Both the position numbers and the translations under genes were made by a program. The notes under the pieces were generated by a model. The model had not been told where the DNA came from. It saw nothing but the letters and a program-made list of their open reading frames with translations, and made no database searches. A DNA stretch of 64,000 bases from an uncultured delta proteobacterium. Its GTDB lineage: Bacteria > Desulfobacterota > Desulfobacteria > Desulfobacterales > SpSt-501. The stretch spans positions 70,601-134,600 of the forward strand of contig CAVQUW010000025.1 of NCBI GenBank assembly GCA_963716785.1. Direction: 5' to 3'. Of this stretch, positions 43,517 through 50,833 are shown piece after piece; positions within the stretch are counted from its first letter, which is position 1; each line of letters starts with the position of its first letter.

Positions 43517-46246
43517 ATGGCACAAAACCAGTGGCATGCAATGTCGGCTGAAGAAGTCCTGAAGCGATTGGACGTCCCTGCTGAAGGTCTTAGCCACGCA
43601 GAGGCTGCCCGGCGTCTTGAGAAGTACGGACCCAATACCCTCAAGGAAAAAAAGAAAATCAGCCCCTGGCAGATTTACTTTGGTCAGTTTAAAAACTTTC
43701 TCATTATGCTGCTGCTGGCCGCAACGGCTATTTCCCTCGTGGTGGGAGAGACCCTGGACGCGGCTATCATATTCGCCATAGTTGTCGCCAGCACCCTGCT
43801 CGGATTCTATCAAGAATTCCGAGCGGAAAAGGCGATGGAGGCCCTGAAGGCCATGTCATCTCCTTCGGCGACGGTCATCCGTGAAGGAGAGGAAGTCGAG
43901 ATCGCCTCCGCCGATGTAGTGCCCGGTGATATAATGGTGTTGACTGCAGGAGACCGGATGCCAGCCGACGGGCGGCTTATAGAAGCGGTCAATACCCGCA
44001 TTGACGAAGCCTCGCTGACCGGGGAATCCTCTGCCGTCAGCAAGGATGCCCAAGCGATCCTGACGGGGGACACCTCCATAGGCGACCGCAAGAACGTTGT
44101 GTTCGCGGCGACGATAATGACATACGGGCGCGCTCGGGGCGTGGTGACCGGCACCGGAATGGAGACGGAGTTCGGCCGAATTGCTAAAATGCTTCAAGAA
44201 GTCGAAGAAGAGCCGTCCCCCCTGGCGGTGAAGATGGATTACATCGGCAGACGGCTCGGTATCGCGTGCCTGCTCGTATCCGCCATCGTCCTGGGGCTCG
44301 GAATCTTTCGCGGAAATCCCATCCTCGAAATGTTCATATGGGCAATCAGCCTGGCCATCGCAGCCGTCCCCGAAGCCCTGGCGGCCGTTGTGACCGGTGC
44401 GCTTGCCATCGGCGTACAGCGAGCAGCCAAACGGAAAGCCATTGTCCGCCGCTTGGCGGCGGTCGAAACTCTTGGGTGCACGACCGTTATCTGCACCGAC
44501 AAAACGGGCACCTTGACCAAGAACGAAATGACCATTCGTCAGATTTTCGTGGGAGGCCGGACTATAGAGATCGGCGGGGTGGGTTTCGAGCCCACCGGCA
44601 CGTTCAGCAACGATTCCACACCGCTGGACCCGCAGAGCGACCCGACCCTGAAATTGATGCTCATGGGAGGGCTGCTTTGCAGCGACGCCCATCTGCTGCA
44701 GGAAAATGGGACCTGGCGCGTTAAAGGCGACCCCACTGAAGGGGCCCTGGTAGTGGCCGCGGCTAAAGCGAATCTCAAAGCCGGGGAAATTAAGAAAACC
44801 TGGCCCCGCATAGGGGAAATTCCTTTTGAATCCGAGCGAAAGCGGATGAGCACTGTGCACCAGCCGCCACAGGGAGACCCTATCGCCTTCGTCAAGGGCG
44901 CGCCCGAGTCGATTATCGAGCGCTGCACCCATTGGGAAAGCAACGGGCGGCGTCAACCCCTGACGGAAGAAATTCGCCGCCGGATCCTCGACACCAACGA
45001 CCACATGGCGAAGTCCGCCTTGCGCGTTCTCGGGCTGGCCTGCCGGCCTGTCTCGAACAACGCGCCCAGCCACACACCTGAGACCCTGGAGGCGGACCTC
45101 ACCTTCCTGGGACTGGTAGGCATGATTGACCCGCCTCGCGAAGAGGTGAAAAAAGCCATCCGTGACTGCAAAGCAGCCGGAATCCGCACCGTCATGGTCA
45201 CAGGCGACCACAAGCTCACGGCTGCCGCCATCGCTCGCGAGTTGGGTATCCTCGGCGGAGGAGGAGCATCGCATGAGTTCAAGACGATCGAAGGTCGTGA
45301 ACTCGACAATATGAGCGAGAAAGAACTGGCGGCCATAGTGAAGGACGTGGCGGTCTATGCCCGCGTCTCGCCCGAGCACAAGTTGAAAATCGTCGGTGCA
45401 TGGAAAAGCTGGGACCACGTCGTCGCCATGACCGGCGACGGCGTTAACGACGCGCCGGCCCTCAAACGCGCCGACATCGGGATTGCTATGGGGATCACGG
45501 GGACAGACGTCACCAAGGAAGCCTCCGACATGGTCCTCATGGATGACAACTTCGCCACGATCGTGGCGGCAGTGGAAGAAGGACGAATCATCTACGACAA
45601 CATCAAAAAGTATCTTACCTTCCTCCTGTCGTGCAATGTTGCCGAGATTCTGGTTCTCGGAATAGCAGGCATGATCGGCTGGCCTCTGCCCCTGATCGCC
45701 TTGCAAATCCTGTGGGTCAATCTTGTCACCGACGGCCCACCGGCCTTGGCTCTGAGCGTGGAACCTGCCGAACCGGATCTCATGAGGCGGCCGCCGCGCG
45801 ATCCCAACGAGCCGGTGTTCTCGAGATCCGTTCTTGCCACTTTGTCTTCGATGAGCCTCCTGATTTTTGCCGGCCTGATGCCGATTTTCTACTTTTACTG
45901 GCAGGCGGAAGGCGTGGAGAAAGCCCAAACCATCACCCTCGCCACGTTGGTTGTTTACCAGCTGTTCTATGCTCTCAGCTGTCGATCGCTCCGCTTTACT
46001 TTGCCGCAGCTTGGGTTTTTCACCAATAAGTGGCTGTTGGCCGCGGTGTCGGCCTCAGGGCTCTTGACGCTGGCGGTGATATACATCCCGTCCTGGAGCA
46101 AGGCATTTGGAACGGTGCCGCTTACCTTTTGGGACTGGAACGTTTGTTTAATCGCCGCTGGTGGTAGTTTCCTGCTGGTTGAACTCGGAAAATGGATCAG
46201 CGGCCGAAAAAAAAGAACACAGGCCGCGCCGGTTCATGCGGATTGA
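43517..46246 (+). CDS. P-type ATPase, P2A (SERCA/PMR1-like Ca2+/Mn2+) cation transporter
   Basis: 909 aa with DKTGTLT, TGDHKLTA and MTGDGVNDAPALKRADIGIAMG. GC content is lower than the flanks. Confidence 0.9.
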   Translation: MAQNQWHAMSAEEVLKRLDVPAEGLSHAEAARRLEKYGPNTLKEKKKISPWQIYFGQFKNFLIMLLLAATAISLVVGETLDAAIIFAIVVASTLLGFYQEFRAEKAMEALKAMSSPSATVIREGEEVEIASADVVPGDIMVLTAGDRMPADGRLIEAVNTRIDEASLTGESSAVSKDAQAILTGDTSIGDRKNVVFAATIMTYGRARGVVTGTGMETEFGRIAKMLQEVEEEPSPLAVKMDYIGRRLGIACLLVSAIVLGLGIFRGNPILEMFIWAISLAIAAVPEALAAVVTGALAIGVQRAAKRKAIVRRLAAVETLGCTTVICTDKTGTLTKNEMTIRQIFVGGRTIEIGGVGFEPTGTFSNDSTPLDPQSDPTLKLMLMGGLLCSDAHLLQENGTWRVKGDPTEGALVVAAAKANLKAGEIKKTWPRIGEIPFESERKRMSTVHQPPQGDPIAFVKGAPESIIERCTHWESNGRRQPLTEEIRRRILDTNDHMAKSALRVLGLACRPVSNNAPSHTPETLEADLTFLGLVGMIDPPREEVKKAIRDCKAAGIRTVMVTGDHKLTAAAIARELGILGGGGASHEFKTIEGRELDNMSEKELAAIVKDVAVYARVSPEHKLKIVGAWKSWDHVVAMTGDGVNDAPALKRADIGIAMGITGTDVTKEASDMVLMDDNFATIVAAVEEGRIIYDNIKKYLTFLLSCNVAEILVLGIAGMIGWPLPLIALQILWVNLVTDGPPALALSVEPAEPDLMRRPPRDPNEPVFSRSVLATLSSMSLLIFAGLMPIFYFYWQAEGVEKAQTITLATLVVYQLFYALSCRSLRFTLPQLGFFTNKWLLAAVSASGLLTLAVIYIPSWSKAFGTVPLTFWDWNVCLIAAGGSFLLVELGKWISGRKKRTQAAPVHAD

Positions 46247-46320
46247 GTCGATAGTCGGTAAAGTCTGCAAGCGGCCATAGAGCGACCCAAGGAACGAACC
46301 ACTGAGCCTGAAATAAACTT

Positions 46321-46608
46321 TCAGAATCGGACTTCTCCATTTCTGGTGACTAACTCACTCTTCGGAAGTTCGGGCTCAGTGGCTCGGTGTTGCCTGAGTT
46401 TAAAGTTATAAGGATGAAAACGTGGGAGATACCCCTCTAAACTTCTAAGCAGGTCGATTCCAAAAAAGCAGATGGTTGGTGCTCGAAACACTGGTGGCTT
46501 TAATCGTTGTCGCTGTTGATTTGTTTTTTTGCAAACAAAAACCTGAATAAGGCCATGTCTTGCGAGCAAATACTTTTTGCTTAAGATCATGGATTCACCC
46601 ATCCGCAA
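46321..46608 (-). CDS. hypothetical protein (possibly a gene remnant)
   Basis: 95-aa ORF in the low-GC mosaic. No recognised motif and no convincing RBS. Confidence 0.2.
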   Translation of the reverse strand: MRMGESMILSKKYLLARHGLIQVFVCKKTNQQRQRLKPPVFRAPTICFFGIDLLRSLEGYLPRFHPYNFKLRQHRATEPELPKSELVTRNGEVRF

Positions 46609-46764
46609 TAAGCAATGAGGTTTTTTCGGCTTACGACTTTAGGATAGGGTGACATTTAACACTCTCAGAGATTTTTAGCTCCTGTCAACTGGAATAATAG
46701 ATGTGGCAATCCAGTTCGTTTGCGCGTCATTTCGTATTTCCCCCAACGGTAATGGGGTCTAATT

Positions 46765-47262
46765 ATGCAATTTCCTTATTGTGATGCGCTGAAAAAAAAA
46801 GCAATCCATTGGTCTGTGCTCGTAGCGATTGCACTGGCCGTTTTCGTTTGCGCTGGGTGCTCATACAAAATCGCCCTAATTCCACGTGACGGAGGACAAT
46901 CGTCCACATCAACCTTAAGAATAGAATCTATCGGGGAAGCTTTTAGTGGGCCGATTGAACTCATTGTGGATGGATTGAAATACAGAGGGACATATGTCGC
47001 CTCACTGAACGACTACGGCTTTACGCTTCTCAAAAAATACTGCCCCCGGGATGCGGATGTGTCGCGAGAACACTCAGACTGGTATGGCCAAGCCACCTTG
47101 AAAGAACCCTGGGGCCGAATACTTCAGTGTGAATACCAAGGCAGTTCATCAAAAGGGGGGTATGGGGTGTGCGTAAGCAGTGAAGGGGAGGTTTATGACA
47201 TGATTATTTCGAAATGGATCTTCTCCGAGTTGGTTGAGTCGAAAGGGGGAAATGTGATGTGA
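46765..47262 (+). CDS. hypothetical lipoprotein
   Basis: 165 aa. Signal peptide with lipobox (AVFVCAGCS). Low-GC codon usage is consistent with its island context. Confidence 0.55.
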   Translation: MQFPYCDALKKKAIHWSVLVAIALAVFVCAGCSYKIALIPRDGGQSSTSTLRIESIGEAFSGPIELIVDGLKYRGTYVASLNDYGFTLLKKYCPRDADVSREHSDWYGQATLKEPWGRILQCEYQGSSSKGGYGVCVSSEGEVYDMIISKWIFSELVESKGGNVM

Positions 47263-47344
47263 TATCAAGAAGAATGGACATCCGGAATCTCCGAGGATAT
47301 AGGTTGATTTGCGAGAAAAACCATATCCGAGAAGGAGGCCAGCG

Positions 47345-47476
47345 ATGTCCAGTGTTTCTATATCACGCTATTTCCCCTTTCGTCGAATCACAATTACCAA
47401 ACAGGTGGTCAATGATACCGCCTCAGAAGCCCTGATTGAAGCTGTTCCCGACCGACGCTTTCACCTTATTCATTGA
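47345..47476 (+). CDS. hypothetical 43-aa protein (MSSVSISRYFPFRRITITKQVVNDTASEALIEAVPDRRFHLIH)
   Basis: The ATG is preceded by a strong GAAGGAGG RBS at optimal spacing. The ORF is below the cutoff of the supplied ORF track. Confidence 0.3.
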   Translation: MSSVSISRYFPFRRITITKQVVNDTASEALIEAVPDRRFHLIH

Positions 47477-47551
47477 CCATAAAGGTTTCGATCCACTTCA
47501 AGGCCCATAATTAGGTGGCCTTACACAAAAAATGCAGTGGGGTAGAAAGAT

Positions 47552-47671
47552 TTGAACCGCAAAAGCGAGCGCATTCCCCGCCGCTTGCGACGGTGTTAGC
47601 GAGCGAATCCAAAAACGACCCCATTCCTTACGGTCGAAGATTCCCCGCAGCTTGCTGTGGGGAGATTCAAT
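47552..47671 (+). repeat. 120-nt dual-hairpin element, family B, partly decayed copy
   Basis: 109/120 identical to 22443-22562 with no gaps. 9 of the 11 differences fall in the first 51 nt, and 7 of them disrupt pairs of the first hairpin. The 3' 69 nt differ at only 2 positions. Confidence 0.8.
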
Positions 47672-47770
47672 TGTAGATTATCCATGAGATCCGACTTACA
47701 ATAGGTACTTTATATTCGGTGATATTTTTAAATGCTGAAATTGCTTAATTTTACATTCAGTGGCGTTTTG

Positions 47771-47983
47771 TCACGAAATTCGATGAAATGGCCACTTGAT
47801 CTGAAATTCAACCTCTTCTCCAGACATCCCGCGCTCATGTTCGATGTTGATGACGGCGTCGGGGGGTATCGAAATCCGCTCCCCTGCCACCTGAATCCGA
47901 AAAGGCCTACCTTGTTGCGGCGATTGAAGCCACCCGGCCTCCGCCTTTGACGGGGGAGGTCGGCGTGGGGGTTTGCAATCCAA
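47771..47983 (-). CDS. possible AbrB/SpoVT-like small DNA-binding protein (orphan antitoxin-like); start unclear
   Basis: FRIQVAGERISIPPDAVINIEHERGMSGEEVEFQIKW resembles the looped-hinge-helix pattern (G..v.IP..v...lg...Gd.v.f). There is no ATG and no partner toxin ORF. Confidence 0.25.
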   Translation of the reverse strand: MDCKPPRRPPPSKAEAGWLQSPQQGRPFRIQVAGERISIPPDAVINIEHERGMSGEEVEFQIKWPFHRIS

Positions 47984-48031
47984 CGCCCCTTGTCGTTCAT
48001 GGCCGGCAGACTCGGCTTTTTTACTGCTGCC

Positions 48032-48649
48032 TCAGATTTTCAACTGCGCCAGGATGATCTTCTCCTGCTTCTCGGCCTCGGCTTCCAGCCGGTCGGCCTC
48101 ACGGCCGAGCTCGGATTTGAACGCCTCCTCGCCGATGCTCCCGAGATTGATGCGCACATTGTAAACCGCCGTGCGCACGGCCATGCGCGCGGCGAGCACG
48201 CCGGCGGCGCCGTCGGAGGCGGCGTTGGGGTTGCCCCGGGCGACGACGATGCCGCCGAGCGCCATGACGGCGAGCGCGTCGCGGGCGACGCCGAGCGGCA
48301 CGCGGGCCGCCTGCTTGAAGGCCTCTTGGACGGCACGGCCGCGACCGGCCTTCTCCGCCTCCGTGGTCTTCGGCATTTGGAACGCCTTCAGCACCTGGGT
48401 GTAGGCGTCCGAATCGCGGTCGATGTCCCCGATCAGCTTCTGCCGCAGCGCGGCCGCCTTTTCGGCGACCGCCCGCATTTCGGCGTCGACGGCCTCGAAA
48501 TTCTTGCGCCCGATCGTGAGATTCGCCACCATCTCGGTTAATGCAGCGGCGAGCGCGGCATTCAAGGCGGCCGCGCTGCCGCCGCCGGGGAGGGGGTCCT
48601 TGGATGCGGTTCGGGCGAGATAGTCGGTAAGACTCAGGTCATTCAGCAC
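48032..48649 (-). CDS. cyclodeaminase/cyclohydrolase family protein (formiminotetrahydrofolate cyclodeaminase-like)
   Basis: 205 aa. LTDYLARTASKDPLPGGGSAAALNAALAAALTEMV is the signature N-terminus of FtcD C-domain homologues. Confidence 0.85.
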   Translation of the reverse strand: MLNDLSLTDYLARTASKDPLPGGGSAAALNAALAAALTEMVANLTIGRKNFEAVDAEMRAVAEKAAALRQKLIGDIDRDSDAYTQVLKAFQMPKTTEAEKAGRGRAVQEAFKQAARVPLGVARDALAVMALGGIVVARGNPNAASDGAAGVLAARMAVRTAVYNVRINLGSIGEEAFKSELGREADRLEAEAEKQEKIILAQLKI

Positions 48650-49935
48650 GTTTGCTCTCCTCGGTTGCGCTTGTCGAAAACGAGATTTCCTTTCTTGATC
48701 ACCTGTTCCACGGTGTTCACGCCGATGTGGTAAGGGATGAAGCGGTAGGAGGGGTTTTCGAGAATCACCGCATCCCCCTGCTTGCCGGGGTCGAGGCTGC
48801 CGATCGAACCCGCCCGGCCGAGGGCGGCGGCCGCGTTGATGGTCAGTGCGGTCACGATCTCCTCGGGGGTCAGACCCATGTAGAGGGCGGCCAGGGCCGC
48901 CACCAGCGGGATCGACTCCGAAAAACAGCTCCCGGGGTTGAAGTCGGTCGCCAGGGCCACGGCGCAGCCCGCATCGATCATGAAGCGGCCTCGGGCGTAG
49001 GGCTCCTTCAGGCTGAAAGCGGTCGCCGGCAGCAGGGTCGCCGTCACCCCGGCGGCGGCCATGGCGCGCAGCCCAGCATCGGAGGCGTGCAGGAGGTGGT
49101 CGGCCGACACCGCGCCGATCTGCGCGGCGAGCTCGGCGCCGCCCAACGGGACGATTTCGTCCGCGTGCAGTTTGGACTTCAAACCCGATTCGGCGGCCGT
49201 CGTCAGTAATCGCCGGGACTGCGCCACGGAGAAGACGCCCTTTTCGCAGAACACATCGCAGAACTCAGCCAGCCGGCGTTCCGCCACTTCCGGCACCGCC
49301 TCCGCCAGCAGGAAGTCGATGTAGGCGTCTTCGCGGCCCTTCCACTCCGGCAATACGGCATGGGCGCCCATGAAGGTCGCGACCACGTCCACCGGGTGCC
49401 GATGGTCGAGCTCGGCCATCGCCTCCAGCTGTTTGATCTCGGTGGCCCGGTCCAGCCCGTAGCCGCTCTTGCCCTCGACCGTCGTGACCCCGAAGGCGAG
49501 CATGGAATCCAGACGCTTCAGCCCCGCTTGGACCAATTCCTCGCGGGATGCCTTGCGGGTGGCGCCGACCGTGCTCAGGATCCCGCCACCGCGCGCCAGG
49601 ATGTCCATGTAGCTCACGCCCTTCAGCCGCCAGGCGAACTCCTCCGCCCGGTCGCCGGCGAAAATGAGGTGGGTGTGCGCATCGATGAAACCCGGCAGCA
49701 CGGCCTTGCCGGAGGCGTCGATCGTCTGGAATCGGGAAAGGTCCCTGCCGGCGGCTTCAAGCGCCGCCAGAACCTGCGCGGTTGTTCCCACCTGCGAGAC
49801 CAACCCCTGCTCGATCGCCACGGCGCCGTCGGCGATGATACCGATATCCGACATGGCGCGCCCCCGCTTGGCCGCAAAACCGCCGCAGGTGACGAGTTCT
49901 GAGGCGTTTTTGACGATCAGGTTTCCGTCACTCAT
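48643..49935 (-). CDS. hutI: imidazolonepropionase
   Basis: 430 aa from ATG 49935. PGFIDAHTHLIFAG metal-binding motif and amidohydrolase fold. Confidence 0.9.
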   Translation of the reverse strand: MSDGNLIVKNASELVTCGGFAAKRGRAMSDIGIIADGAVAIEQGLVSQVGTTAQVLAALEAAGRDLSRFQTIDASGKAVLPGFIDAHTHLIFAGDRAEEFAWRLKGVSYMDILARGGGILSTVGATRKASREELVQAGLKRLDSMLAFGVTTVEGKSGYGLDRATEIKQLEAMAELDHRHPVDVVATFMGAHAVLPEWKGREDAYIDFLLAEAVPEVAERRLAEFCDVFCEKGVFSVAQSRRLLTTAAESGLKSKLHADEIVPLGGAELAAQIGAVSADHLLHASDAGLRAMAAAGVTATLLPATAFSLKEPYARGRFMIDAGCAVALATDFNPGSCFSESIPLVAALAALYMGLTPEEIVTALTINAAAALGRAGSIGSLDPGKQGDAVILENPSYRFIPYHIGVNTVEQVIKKGNLVFDKRNRGEQTC

Positions 49936-50833
49936 AGATCCTGTACTCCAGCACCTGCTCCAGCGTGAAGTTTTCAAGCTGCAGATAATAGGCCGCGGTG
50001 TCGACCAGGGCCCGCATGGGCACCAGGCCGACGATCTCGCTGCCCACCACCGGGACCCCCCAGCGCCGCGCTTCGATATGGATCAACTCGAAGGCCCGGT
50101 AGAGGGCCGTCTTGGTGTAGTCGGTCATGTTCATCGAGACCTGGACGATGCCGCGGTCCTTCAGTTCGATGCCGAGCGCCTTGCAGTAGCGCAGCCCGCC
50201 GCTCAGATGACGCACCTTGCGGGCGATGTCGTTGGCGATCTCGATGTTTGCGGTGCCGAGGTTGACGTTGTAGGCGACGAGCGGCATGCGCGCGCCGACA
50301 GCCGTGACGCCGGCCGAGGGGTGGACGGCATCCGGGCCGAAATCGGGCTTCCACTCGGGCTTCAGGATCTTCTCCGGCATGCCTTCGAACTGCCCTTTGC
50401 GTATCTCGGCCAGGTTCCGGCGGTGGGGGGCGGAAGCCGATTCCTCGTAGAGGAAGATCGGCAGTCTCAGCCTGTCGGCGGCCTCGGCGGCCACTTCCCG
50501 TGCGAGCGCGACCGCCTCCTGCACGCTCATGTTTCTGACCGGAATGAACGGGACCACGTCCACGGCCCCCATGCGGGGGTGTTGACCTTTGTGGGTGCGC
50601 AGGTCGATGATCGCGACGGCTGCGGCCATGGCTTCCAGCACGGCGGCCTTAAGGGCTTCGGGTTCGCCCACGGTGGTGACCACGAGCCGGTTGTGGTCGT
50701 GGTCGCGCTGATAGTCGAGCAGCTTGACGCCCTTTTTTGCCCGAAAGGGCTGGACGATTTTATCGATTTTCTCGGCGTCGCGTCCCTCGCTGAAATTTGG
50801 GACGCACTCCACGATGCGGGTCATGACGGTCAT
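49928..50833 (-). CDS. glutamate formimidoyltransferase
   Basis: IVECVPNFSEGRD is a hallmark N-terminus. ATG 50833 overlaps the upstream gene's stop (ATGA). Confidence 0.9.
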   Translation of the reverse strand: MTVMTRIVECVPNFSEGRDAEKIDKIVQPFRAKKGVKLLDYQRDHDHNRLVVTTVGEPEALKAAVLEAMAAAVAIIDLRTHKGQHPRMGAVDVVPFIPVRNMSVQEAVALAREVAAEAADRLRLPIFLYEESASAPHRRNLAEIRKGQFEGMPEKILKPEWKPDFGPDAVHPSAGVTAVGARMPLVAYNVNLGTANIEIANDIARKVRHLSGGLRYCKALGIELKDRGIVQVSMNMTDYTKTALYRAFELIHIEARRWGVPVVGSEIVGLVPMRALVDTAAYYLQLENFTLEQVLEYRIYE

